This document shows positions 12,401 through 25,375 of a stretch of 64,000 bases of DNA, piece by piece. Both the position numbers and the translations under genes were made by a program. The stretch covers positions 5,598,399 to 5,662,398 of the forward strand of contig MU053934.1 in assembly GCA_013239625.1 (NCBI GenBank). Reading direction: 5' to 3'. Within the stretch, counting starts at the first letter, position 1, and every line of letters begins with the position of its first letter. Origin of the DNA: Lama guanicoe. Taxonomy: Eukaryota. The notes beneath the pieces are model-generated. The model worked only from the letters and a program-made list of their open reading frames with translations, did no database searches and was not told the DNA's origin.

Positions 12401-15400
12401 ATCAGTAGAATGAAGGATGGTGGGCAAATGAAAACAGCAGAGATCCCACCAGGTAGGGTCTCAATAATTTGAGAGGGCTGCGTGGAGAGCAGAATGGGCA
12501 AAGGGGCAGGTGGGAGGACCGAGGAAGATTTGGAGGACGGCCAGGACGCAGGCTATTACTGTGGAGGATTCTGCACAGGAAAGGATCTCTAACCTCGAAT
12601 CTGATGAAAACTCCGACTCTCCCCGACCCCAAGTGCACATTTGCACATGCGCATAAAACACTACAAATAAGCTTGGAGAGATTATAACCTCCTCCCCAGA
12701 GCCTGAGGAGGAGCCCTGGTAACGGAGCCTTAGTGAGAGGTGGAATCTGGCTGCCTGACAGCTGAGTCAGACCGAGACCTGAGAGGCTGTGAGCAGGCAC
12801 ACCGCCCACAGTCAGGGTCCCTCCCTTGCTGAGCTTCCGACCCCAGTGGGGAGTGAATGTTAATCAGATAATCTTACAGGAAAATGTAAAATTACAAAGG
12901 GGAGGGAAGAGAGAATCAGTACATGGGTGGCGGGTAAGCTGCTCAGGCAGGTCAGGGAAGACTTGGTTAAAGAAGTGACATTTCAGCCACCAAGGCCCGA
13001 GGGGTAAAGGGGAGGGGCCTTATCTGTGCAAGAGCCCTGTGCTTGGAGCGAGCTGAGCAGGCTGATGGACGCCCTGGTGTGAAGGAACCAGGGGCTGTCT
13101 CCGCTGGATCCACACGGTGTTCCCAGGTCCTCCTGGAGTATACTCGGCAACGGGTAGCAAGAAAGAAATCGGGTTGCAACAGCAGCCTGGGGGCAGACCC
13201 ACTCATTGCAAAAGCGAAAAACAAGAGTTTGGTTCATAAAGGTTCTGCTGTCTCTCCAACCTGGCCTCTCCTGGATCTCACTAGGGAAAAAAAAGCTGAA
13301 ATCTCAAATGCCAGCTTCATTGCCAACACATGACAAAGCTCTAACTTGTCCGGCAAGTAGATTTTGAGCACAAACTACCCTGCTACCACCCCGTTGCCTA
13401 GTGCTCCCTAGGACAGCGCCCCCACCCCTGCTACCAGTCACCTGAGACGGGCGCCCACCCCCCACCCCAGCCGAGCCAGGTAACCTGCAGCTGCTCCTCT
13501 GCTGGCTTCACCCAGGCTCGCCTGGCTGACAAGAATTTTGCTGGGGGCTTCCTTCTTTCTGGGGGCCTCCGTGACTCTCCCTGCCCCCTTGGGAATGGAG
13601 TTAAGAGGAAGAAATCAGAGATGAAGATGGTATCTTTCTGAAGGAAATGGGGAAGGGACCCTTAAATGCAGCAACACCTTTTAGGTAAAGCAGCAAGGCA
13701 CTCCCACCATCACCTGTCACCACCTTCCTTCTGTCCTCATTTCTAGCTCCTTGACTGCTCGGTCAACCATGCCCCCTTTTACTGATGCCTCTCAGACCCC
13801 TACCTCCCTTCATGACCCCAGTCCAGTGTTTCCATCTGTCCGTGTGACGTTTCCTCCACCCCACACTCAATATGAGAGAAACCATATTTTCATTATCTTC
13901 CTACCGCTGACCACCCACACTAACCCACCCTCCAAAATTCCCCATTTATCTCCAGGGCATGGTGTCCCTTGCTCTTCTTCATCCCTTATATCTGTTCCAT
14001 CATAAAGTCCTAAAAAAAACGAAGTCTTGCCAAGCTTTATATTGAATTATTTTGTAGACTCATTCCTTCTATCTGATTTCTAGACTCAGAGACAGCTGGA
14101 TTTATACCCCAGTATGACCACTAACTTGCTCTGTGACCTTGGACAAGTCACTTAACCTCTCTGAGCTTTTCTAAGCCTGTAAAACGGAGGTAAGACTATA
14201 TTCCTCACAGGTTTGTTGTGATAAGTGAAGCATGGATAAAGTGGCATAAAATAGAACAGGTCCCGTGAAACATGAATTCTCTTCTCCCCGCACCGTCTCT
14301 CTTGGCGGCATCCTAGCCTAACCCCCTCCTCATCACATGACTAGTTAGAGCGGTAACTCCCCAAAGGGCCGCCAGTTTTCTAATCTATTCTCCAGTCCAA
14401 TCCATCCCAAACACCAAGACCAGAGAAATCTTCTTAAATTATTATGTTTCTTTTGTCACATCCTTTTGTCCTATGATAGTCCTGTTCCATTACCATCAGG
14501 TTAAGTCAAAGACCCATTCTAGCCCCCAAATGTGCAATGATGTGGCCTTTTGCAACCCAGGCTGACTCTGCTGTCTTTGTTGAGACGGTGAGAATGAATG
14601 TGATTGCCTGGGGAGAAGAGAGGGGAAGAGAGATCTGGACACGACAGAATCTTAGGTAGGGAAATGGCCAGACGAATGAGCCGCTCCCTAGGGCTGCAGG
14701 GGATCCTGAAATAACTCTGGGATCTGGCATGGGGACGTGAGGATGTCAACTGAGGGGCCCCGGAGTCTCAGCACAGGAAAGAGACCACTCTCATGGGGCC
14801 CTCATGCACGGGGCATGATGCCAGCACTGGGTGTCAGCAGGGCCTCAGTGGACCTGGCCACCACCGTTGTGGACAGTGGCAGCGGAGAGAAGAGGAAACT
14901 TTGAGGACTGAGCACTTAGCCAATGAGACTGGGTCATCCAAGAGAGACTGTTTAAACTGGGAGACGCTGTAGCACCGTGAACTGGCAAATCAGGATCCCT
15001 TCCCACTTCCCAGCAGCCAGGCAGGGGCTCATCGGATTAGTCACAGGAAACTGAGAAGCACTGTTTGTCCTTGCATTTCTCCTTGAATATTCATCTGTGC
15101 TCCTGCCACCCAGGCCACGGTCACCCAGGCAGTGCTCCAAAGGCTGGGTAGCACCGAGCACCCGGAGCAACATTTCTGCAGCTGCCAGAGGGGGCGGGCA
15201 GGGGGGTGTCGTGGCAGAGGGCTCTTGGGAGCCTGGATGAGGAGATGAAGTGTGCGTGTGAGTGGAACAAGACTCTCCTGGGAATGGCTCGGGGATGGTT
15301 GCCTCTGGGAGAGGACATAGAAAAGTCAACTTCAAGGGAACAAATCAATACTGTCATATACCCTGGAGGCTGCTAAGGGGAAGCACCTTCCCCCAGGGAG

Positions 15401-16291
15401 CCCGGGGCAGGGAGAGCAGAAAAGGCCCCAGGCCTGTTAAAATTTAATAGAAGAGTGATGGCCTGGGCGCCGTCCCCTTGGTTCACTTAATCCACCCCAC
15501 AGCGCTAGGTGTTTGTACAAAACACCAAACAAACAAAACCCAGAGACACCGGTTCCCCCTATTTCTGCTTTGAGGCTGGGGTTCAGACAAGTTCAGGAGC
15601 CACGGCTGGTACGGATCTGAACCTCCATGTCCGTGTTTTCCCCACCTTAGCCCGCTGCCTAATTAAAGGAGGAGAGGACTGTCAGGTGAAGGGACAAGTT
15701 CCCACAGAGCCCTTTGCTCTGAGGGAGATTTCAAGTCAGCTGCCATCACGCCACCCCCACCCCCTCCCCGCTGGCTGGCATCTCTAAACCGTCTCCCTTG
15801 GGAGCAGGGAGCACAACGTTGAGACCCAGGCAGAGGCTGGGTCATATTGTGTGCTGAGATCTTGGGCAAAGCATGTGTCAGCTTGGATTTCATTCTTATG
15901 ACTGTGGGGATAACAGTTCCCGCCTTTCGCTGAGCGGGTAAAGGGCTGGACCTGGCCATGTAAACCGCGTGGCTCGCGTGGAGCCCAATGCAGGAACAGG
16001 TGAAAAGAACTTTTCTTAACTCTGCTACCCATCTGCCGCCCCCTCTCCCAGCTCTGCTCCAATCTGCATTTTCAGGGTTAAATACCCTGGAGGAAGCAAA
16101 GTGGCTCAGAACAAGATGGGTTTGAGAGGCTCAAGCAAGCTTCCCTTGACCTTGACCTTTGGTGTTCTTCAAAAACAGAAATCTAGAAAACCTTTTCTGG
16201 TGAAGGGAACAGAGCAGTCTCCCTGGGGGCTTGGCCCACCTGGCACCTCCTGGAGTATCAAGTAAGACAAAGAGCGCAGGTTGAAGGCAGG

Positions 16292-16316
16292 TGTGTGTGT
16301 GTGTGTGTGTGTGTGT
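16292..16316 (+). repeat. (TG)n microsatellite
   Basis: About 12 TG units. Confidence 0.95.
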
Positions 16317-17059
16317 TTGTGGCACTATATCAGGGTTTTAGGCGACACAACCAGGGCTTCCATCCCCTGCGGGAATGGGGCTCAGCCAGCTCCTCGCCCA
16401 GAAAGAACATGAGAGAATCACACTGTGCCAGTGATGGAGGCATCACCGTCAGAAACTGTGCACCGACCTCACTAAGAGGACGCCGAACTCTGTATTTCTC
16501 AGGTAATGTTGGGGGAGAGGTGCTCCTGCCAGGGGCAGAAGGAAGAAGAACCCCCTCCTTCTCGGCAGCAGGGGAGTCAGGTTGCCACAGCAACCAGCTC
16601 CTTCCCGAGTCCACTCATTATATGGCTTTTGAATTTGACTTCCTCCTGTGTATATGTCTGGCAGCTTGATTCCCTGTCTCGCCACCAGCTCACCCCCTAG
16701 GCTTCTCCCCTCCCTTCAAGGCCTGTCCACCTGTCCCTGGGATGGGACAGCAGTTACTTGGTTTGCATCAGGAAGAGTTCCCCTCTCTTCCTCTGTGGTG
16801 GGAGGGTCGACTGGTCAACTTCTTTGGGCAGCAACTGGGCAGAATGGAAGTGTGTACCCTCTGACCTCACGGCTCTGGGGGGTTAACCCTGGCACTGCTG
16901 CATTTGTTTGCCGTGACCTAAAGCTGGGAGCAACCTTCATAGCACTGGTTAAATATCAGCTGTAGCCACTGCGGAATACCATGCGGCTGTCAGGAGGAGC
17001 GAGCTAGAGCCCATGTGCCCATGTGGGAAGATGTATTGTTAAGTTCAAAAAGCAAGTCG

Positions 17060-17290
17060 TTCAGACTCATAGAAACAGAAAGAATGGTGGTTGTCAGGGA
17101 CTAGGGGGGCGGAAATGGGGAGTTAGAGTTTCATAGGTGTACAGTTTCAGTTTTGAAAGATGAAAAAGTTCCAGAGATTGGCTGCAGGTCAACCTGGATA
17201 TACTTAACACAACTGAACTGTATATTTAAAAATGGTTAAGATGGTACATTTTATGTTATGTGGATTTTACCACAATCTTAAAGAAAAGCA
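17060..17290 (+). mobile_element. L1MA/MB-type 3' end
   Basis: actcatagaaacagaaagaatggtggttgtcaggg...attttaccacaat. Confidence 0.8.
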
Positions 17291-18565
17291 AGTTGTAGAA
17301 CAGAATTAATCATTACAGCATGATCTTGTGTGTGGTTTTTAAAGGGTTCTGCAAGTTTGGAAGGAGAATAAGTTGTTGTCCGTGGTTGCTTTTGCAGGTG
17401 GAGGGAACTGAGGGGGAAAGGATGTTACTTTTCAGTTTATTCCTTCCTGCAGAATTTTAAAATATATATAATTAACATCTATTATTTTTATAATTTCAAT
17501 AAGCCAATACAGACAGGGTGATGGTATCATATGCCTGATGTCCAGGAAGCAGACGTTGTTAATTCAACAGATACTTACTAAGCGCTAACCTACCACGTGC
17601 AGACGCTGTGCCAAGCACTCGGTCCAAGGGAGAGCGAGCAGGCAGGACGGTCCCTGCCCTCGTGGGGTTCACACTGCCCCAGGGAGCCAGTCCCGACCAT
17701 GGCTAGTGACAGATGCCAGCTGTGATAAAGAGCCCTGGCGGGCAAGGCATGCTTTCCCCATGTGGTCATTTCATCTCACACCTCTGGGGAGGTGACATTT
17801 AAGCTGCGACATGAAGGATGAAAAGGAACCAGTCGGGGAGGAAGGAGGAAAGGACATCCAGGCACAGAAGCAGAGATGGCCAAGACCCAGAGCAGGACAA
17901 GAGAGAAGGTCAAGGTGTCAGGAGTGACAGGCAGGAAGCAGAGGGCGACAGTGTTCCCAGGGCAAAGGCAGACATTCTAAGTGGGAGAGTGATATGATCT
18001 GTGGCAAAGATCTGTGGTTTTAGAGCCATCACCATGGCTGCCGGGGTTGGAGAGGGGGCAGGAGTGGGAGCTTCCACCTGAAGGACTTTGACGAGGATTT
18101 TGGTTTTAGATGAGGCCTGAAATTGCAGATCATTATTGAAAGTGGTTACAAAAGTGTGCTTTTTAAAAGTGCACATGAAACTGGTGACAATGTCATCCTA
18201 GCTGGGCTTGGGGAGGAGGAGGGCTGCTACCAGCTCCTCACACTCGGGTGCCTGTGAGCCAGTGGGATCCAGTCAAATGCAAATTCCCATTCATCAGGGC
18301 AGGGCGGGAGGGGCCGAGACCCCACATTTCTGAGGGGTCCCCAGGTGATGCCAAGCCAGGAACCACACCTGAGAGAGCACGGTGTGGAAGACTTTCATTC
18401 TCCAAGTTGCTGTAATGTTCGAATTCCTTTTTAAAAAGCACGATTTGCTTTTGTCCTGGAAAACAATAACAGTTACAAAGATATTTTTTAAAGGCCCTGG
18501 AAACCGCCAGCTTGAGACGCGAGCAGGCCAAGCAGAACAGATCAGGAAGGGCTGTCTCTGGCCCA

Positions 18566-18581
18566 GGCCACCAGGAGGCGG
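18566..18581 (+). promoter_or_regulatory. Candidate CTCF site
   Basis: GGCCACCAGGAGGCGG, one mismatch to the CTCF core. Confidence 0.4.
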
Positions 18582-20559
18582 CCACGTCAGCCAGCGACAG
18601 GCTCACCGCTTCCTTGGGGAACCTCTTGGCTCCAGGGCACAACAAAGAAGTAACAATCTTCAAGTAAACACAAGTACCTCTTCTCTATCAAGAACTATGT
18701 AAAGGGCTGGGAGACTGGAGGGAAGAGTTGCCGGCGGAAGAGAACGGGAGACAGAGATGAGAACGGGAGACAGAGATGTGAACAGAGAGTCAGGATCACC
18801 CAAGCCCAGGGTGCTAAGGGCATCAGTGGAGGCAGCACCTGGAGGGCCGGAAGGGCTGCCAACCTGGGGAGGGGGTGGAGGAGGGCAGGTGCCGGAGAAT
18901 CACCAGGATCACCTCTGCTGGCGCTCATCTCGCAGGTGGAGCCAGGAAACCAGCTCAGAGGCTCAGACACCAGAACCTGATCCACCTTTGACGAGAGCCT
19001 CCGGGTGCCAGGCACTGCCCCAGGGTCTTTGCAGACAAGTCTTATAAGAGCCCTGGTTCTTCAGGGCATAGACTCTGGGGCCAGATGACTTGGGTTCAAA
19101 TCTTAGCTCTGTCACTCAGCAGCTTTGTAAACTTGGACAAATTGCTTAAGCTCTCTGGGCCTTGGTTTCCTCCTCTGAAGAACATCAATAACTAAGAGTG
19201 TTGTAAGGATTAAACCAGTTATTGTATGTAAAGCTCTTAGAATGATGACTGGCATGTAGTTAAGAGTCATCCACGCACTGGCTATTATTGTTTAATTCTC
19301 CCAACAGCTCTGTGAGCCCAGTAATACTAAATACCCATTTTGCAGGTAAAGACACCGAGGTTGGCAGAGATGGCACTCAGCTCTGGGGGGCGCAGCTGAG
19401 GCCTGAATCCCATTTTCCACAGCACTGCTTAGGTGCCCCATGCCCACCCCAGGCATTGCAAACAGACCTGGACCTTCCTGTGACTTAAAACAGCTGCCCC
19501 GTGCAGGAGCTAGAGGCCACGTGGGAAGGGCTCAAGGGTGTTTGGTCCTCAGACTGCAGCATCCCCAGCTGTTCACTCACTCGGCATCTCTGAGGCCAGT
19601 GGACCACAAATCTGAAACTCAGCCTGCAGGGGCCACATTAAAACACAACTGCGCTACCTGCCGTCTGCCCAGTGGCCTCCGTGAGATGAAAGGAGTTTTC
19701 TGAGATGAGAAGGCAGGCTGCCTCCATCCATCTTAATCCTGCTGGTTTTGGATGCAAATTGCTTTCTCACACTGATGCAAAAGAACGCTGGTGGGTGAGA
19801 TGCGGCGGCTGGGGCGGGCAGACGGAAGACGGCTGGAGGGAGGGCAGCCGCAGGGACATGATGTAGGGCTAGGGCAGCTGCCCAGAGTCCTCCCTCCTCC
19901 TCCCCTGCTTCCCCACCTCGCCTCCCCCTCCACCCTGCTGCACGTGAACATTTTACAAAGAGTCAGATTTCTCCTCAGCCTTTGTCTGGGCAGGAGGGCC
20001 TGGAGGCATTTTGATGCATTTTGATGCATTTTGAGCAAATGGAAAGCAGACTGCTCGGCCAGAGAGGAGGCAGAAGAGGACTTGCTGGGGGGTAGGGGAT
20101 CCCACTAGAGGCTCCGGGAGGGGGAGCCGCTGTGTCTCCCTGGGTCGGGCGGGTTGAAGAGAGGTCAAGTCTGCCTCTGGGTTCTTAACTCAAATTTGTA
20201 TTTGATTTTGTATGGTGGAGATATTTACGTATGCGTATGTTTATTTATACACAGTTCAGTACATGAAGAACTTGAGATGGCTTACAAAAATGTGTGCAAC
20301 GTCAAGGAATAAAACAGATGGCTTTGGGGACCGAAGTGAAAGGAAAATAAACGGAAAGGAAATAATGCAACCAGGAGTAAGACCAGTATCCATAAATGTA
20401 GGATAAATAGCCCTGCGCACAGCCGTAACAAGGCCCAGAAACTTGGTTCTGAGAACCCTGGTCGCCAGAGAGTGAAATGCAAACAAATACATGAACCACA
20501 GAGTCCATAAGATGAAAAAATCCAGAACCTCTCAGGAGAAGCACCACCTTAACTTTGTA

Positions 20560-20707
20560 CAATTTACTTTTATTTATTTATTTTGGGGGGAGGGAATGAG
20601 GCTTGTTTATTTATTTAGCATTTTTTTTTAATGGAGGTACTGGGGATTGAACCCAGGACCTCGTGCATGCTGGGCATGCCCTCTACCACTGAGCTCTACC
20701 TGACCCC
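20560..20707 (-). mobile_element. Vic-1-type SINE
   Basis: Same family consensus in reverse orientation. Confidence 0.85.
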
Positions 20708-21639
20708 ACCTTACCTTTGGAACTGACACTTGGGAGGATTCCTCCAGGCTCCACCTACAGATGACCTTGAGATGTAGAAGGTGACAGATGCCCTCAGGGG
20801 CACCATGACAATAGACACAATAATAATCATTCTCCTAATGTCCCTCAGTATGACATGTGGCACTGAAATGTCACTCAGGAGTAATCCTATTATTCATTCT
20901 GCTTTGTGGTATCAGAAATCAGAGACAGTCTAAATGCCCATCAAATACACTAAGGTGCCAGCATCCAGTGGTTGTAGCTATTAAGAAGAAAGGGGAGCAA
21001 TTTAGGACTCATATGAAATGATCTCCAAGATATATTGGGAAGTAAAAAAATTAAGGGGCAGAACAATGTCTATAAACGAACAAAAGGATGTATGTACTTG
21101 AATGCTTGTATATATATACCCCACATCATTATTGGACGGAAGCATAAACTGGCAATAACGCTTCTGGAGAGAGGCACCAAGTGGAGGGCAATAGAGGTAA
21201 GAGACTGACTTTTCATTATCCAGCCTTTTGTACCGTCTGAATTTTGTACCACAGAAGTATGTTACATATTCAGCATCATTAAATAATCCATTTAAGACAT
21301 GAAAGCAATTTATTTCATGCTATTTGCAAAATAAAAATTTACTAACATGTTGAATAATAGTTACTAAATCTGTATGTTAAATCAGTCCAAATAAAAATCT
21401 AGTCTAAGACACAGTTTTATATAAAATTCTGAATTTTATTGCTAAATATATGATCAGGTTCAGAAAAATTAAGTATGTATGAAATTACGATCATGTATTT
21501 TTGGCTTCTTGATTTCTCTTGTAAGACCATATATGCCAAAAAGTACTGAATTAGAAGGAAAAAGTAAACAATAAAAATTCTCTTTATTGTAAAAAAAAAA
21601 AAACATGAAAGCAAAAATAATCTGAGAGGGGCTATACCA

Positions 21640-22590
21640 GGGCCTCTAAACAGATACTCCTTTATGGCCAAGCTTAAGGACCACATATAGATTACCTAGA
21701 AGAATGGAAGGCCCGCACATCCTTCTAGCTTCAGTCGTCCATGAAAGCCATTTGCCCAGTGCGTTCTCTGCTGAGACTCTGGTGGGCAGGTCTATATTGC
21801 AGATTAAGTCCACCATTTTCCTCATCAACTGGAAGTTCAAAAACTTTTCTACAAAAACAACCTGCTGGAACTAATAAATATAGCAAACTTGCACAATACA
21901 AAAATCAACAAAAATTGGTTGTTTCTATACACTAAGAATAAAGAATCCTAAAAGGAAATTAAGAAGACGATTCCATTTACTATAGAATCAAGAAGAATAA
22001 AATACTTAGGAATAAATTTAACCAAGGAGGTGAGAAACATGTACAATGAAAACTACAAAATGTTTCTGAAAGAAATTAAAGGAGACACTAGTGAGTGGAA
22101 AGACATCCCATGTTCATAGTTTGGGAGACTTAACATGGTTAAGATGTCCTTACTACCCAAATCGATCTACAGACTCAGTGCAATCCTTGTCAAAATCCTG
22201 ACAACAGTTTTTTGCAGAAATTGAAAAATCTATCCAAAAATTCATTTGGATCCTCAAGAGACCCTGAATAGTCCAAAAAATCTGAAAAAGATGAACAAGG
22301 CTTGAGACCTCAAACTACAGTCATCAAAACAATGTGGTACTGGCATAAACACATATATACAGGCCAATGGAATGGACTAGAGAACCCAGAAATAAAACTT
22401 CGTAATCCCTTGTGTATGGTCAAATGATTTTCAACAAGAGTGTCAAGATGATTCAAAGGGGGAAGGAACAGTCTTTTCAATCAGTGGTGTTGGGAAAACA
22501 GAATATCCATGTGCAAAGAACGAAGCTGGACCTTCCCTCACACCACAGACAAAAATGAAGCAAAACAGGCATCTTTGACCTGCAGCAGAA
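21640..22590 (+). mobile_element. L1 ORF2 fragment
   Basis: Degenerate L1 RT/C-terminal coding sequence (aaatacttaggaataaatttaaccaaggaggtg). Confidence 0.85.
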
Positions 22591-22749
22591 ATTCAATAAA
22601 CATGTGCCGAGAGACTGAATGTCCCCACTTGTCCCAGTTTTCCCAGCAGCTGCTTGGGATGATAGAGCTGGAGCTGGAATAAGTGCCTGGGATGTTGACA
22701 AAAGGTGAGTATCCTGTGCCAGCTGGAGTGCCAGGGACAGTTCTCCTTT

Positions 22750-22960
22750 ACACACACACACCCCACATTGTGCACACATACACACAATATGTGCCACACA
22801 AATATCTCAGACACACCACACTTCCCACCCACACATCACACATCCCACACACAAAACACCGCCATCCCACACATACACACACCCCTCACACACACGCCAC
22901 ATACGTCACACACACATCTACCACACACACCCATCACACATGCACGCACTCCCACACTCA
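22750..22960 (+). repeat. Degenerate (CA)n-rich simple repeat
   Basis: Interrupted CA runs; source of the His/Thr-rich ORFs. Confidence 0.9.
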
Positions 22961-24979
22961 CGCCGCTGGGAGTGGGTTCATTCAGGCCTCGCTTGATGTA
23001 CGGATTGAGAGCAAAAGAGCTCCTGTGTGATCTGCTTAAAACATAAATTAAAATTTGCCAGTTCTGTTTACACCCCTTCCCCCAAAATGCCTTGGTACAT
23101 ATTGTGAAATGAATCACTAATTGAGGTGTGGTTCTAGGGACTCCAGGAAAATGTACTCCCCTCTTCTTCCACCTCCCTTCTGTGCTGGCCACTGCCTGAG
23201 TTCTTCCCTGGGGGGCTTCATTGTTCAGTTTAGCACTTTGATGGATGTAAAAATATATCAACCCTCCCCGTCCGTGCCCAGGGAGAGTAAGGCAGATGTC
23301 TGTTAGCCATGTGCACCTGGGTATGAATGAAAGTGTGAGGGAAACTGGGGAGTGTGGAGAGGAGCATGATTACTAACTGAGTTCGGTCTGGTTACCAACC
23401 AGGTACTTGGGTAACCCGAGGCAAAGACGTGGTGTGGGGAAGTGGGGGAGAGCCCTGGAGCCCTGCGGGGTGAGCAGTGAGGAAGCCCTGGGGGGGTGGG
23501 GGTAGGGGTATCCGGAGGGGTGTGTGATGGGGGCACCGTGGAGGGGTTGTGTGGAGAGGGAAGTCCAGCATCTGTGGTTGGTCTATGTCCATCCCCGTCC
23601 TCATTTCCATCGCCAGCAAGATGAGGGCAGAAGCTGGCTGGACTCCCAGATAGTGAGGCAGCAGATAAAGTTGTTGAGACGAGATGAGTAAGCAGGGACC
23701 AGGGCCTGCAGGCAGCCCTGAAGAAGTTCTGCAGTGGAGCTCTGCATGGTCCCCAGAATCACGTGCCCGGAGGGGACCTCCTGCCCTGTGAACAGATGTG
23801 GGTCTCTTCGCCCCTGCTCCCACGCACCCCACTGCGCTGGCTGCCAACCAAGCAAGGGCTTGAGCCCTCAACTTTATCCTGGAACGCAGAACCAAGGGAC
23901 GCCTTGTTTGGTTTTATTTTTGAGGCACAGGGACAGGGAAGGAGGAGGGCATCACATCACTTCAGAGAGGTGACGATGTGCTCCAAGTACCCCTGGATCT
24001 CGTGACTTATTAAGAAAACTTGCACTCCTTAATTGATCCAAATGTTTTTTTTAAAGGTATTTTGACCATTAGTCAAACTTCTGCTTAAATAATGAGTTTC
24101 AGAGGAAGAAGAAGTCAAAGGCTGTGTTGTTCTTGGAACACTGATTATTAAACCGTGAGGAATTCTGCCAGCACCAACTGTTTTTTCTCCAACGCCCTGT
24201 ACGCCTCCACAGACACACCAGAAAAAGAAGAGACCGTGATTGACCTCTAGTTAGTTCCTTCTCTGCCTCACCCCAACGCCCCGTCTCCTCTCGTCACCAT
24301 GTGAACACACCGCGCAGACGGGAACTGCCTGAGCACGGCCAGTGGGAGACAGAGTCAGGATTCCGATACCCGGCACCGAGCGGCTGCTGTTGCCCTGGGC
24401 CGCCCGCATCCCCAGCTGCTGCAGATTTTGGCTGCCAATGGCTCACACCTGTGCCCTCTTTTAAAGCCTTGCTCTTGGCCGAGGAGATGCTGGGAGATTA
24501 TGGTCACACCCCAGCCCCTTGCCTTTTGTGGGGAAGCACCTCTCTGGGACAAGTTATGCTCCAGAGCTCCCCTACGGGTTAGGCTGAGGCTGGATTTCTC
24601 CTGAAACCACATCCTTCCCCAGAGCTTCCCCTGACAGCTTTCTCTTGCGAGCCCCTCTTCTGTGAATCCCTTGCACGAGCACCAGTCTCAGGTTCTGCTC
24701 CTCTGGGGCCTGGCTATGACACTCTCACCTGCTGGCTTTCATTATGAAGTCATGGGCTTTAAAGGGTCCCTCCAGGCAGGAGTTTGGCCCTCCTGTTTTT
24801 CAGCTGTCAGCTCCACCCTGGAAGCCCTCCAAGCACTGTGGACCCTCCCTCCATGACGACCATCTCCCACGTGCATGGGAGGGGCCTGGAGTGGGCACAT
24901 GAGCAGCAATGTTACTGAGCTGAAGATCCCGAACAGCCCCTCTGTGTCTGGGTGACAGCAATGGGGAAACCACGCTCCC

Positions 24980-25375
24980 ATGTGCATTAGCTTCCAGGGC
25001 TGCTGTAACGAAGTGCCACAAACTACAGAAATCTATTGCCCCCTAGTTCTGGAGGCTAGAAGTCCAAAATTCAGGTGTTGACAGTGGCACACTTCCTCTG
25101 AAACCCACCAGGAGGAACCCTTCCTTGCCTCTTCCAGCTTCCGGTGTTTGCCAGCATCCTTGGCTCGTAAATGCATCACTCCAATCTGCTTCTGTTGTCA
25201 CACAGCCACAGGACACCAGTCGCATTCGATCAAGGGCTCACCCTAACCCTGGATGACCTCATCTTGACTAATTACCACTGCCACAAAACTATATCCAAAT
25301 AAGGTCACATCCTGAGGTACTAGAGGTAGATTCAGCATATCTTTTTTGAGGGGCGTCACAATCTAGCCCATAATA
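24980..25375 (-). mobile_element. MaLR (MLT1) LTR
   Basis: tagttctggaggctagaagtccaaaattcaggtgttgacag and ccaaataaggtcacat. Confidence 0.8.

Noticed and set aside
22683..23046. His/Thr-rich ORFs
   Set aside because: Translation of a degenerate CA repeat.
23392..23895. Longest ORF in the track (167 aa), and similar GC-rich ORFs such as 6204-6650
   Set aside because: No recognisable domain or splice context; expected by chance in GC-rich DNA.
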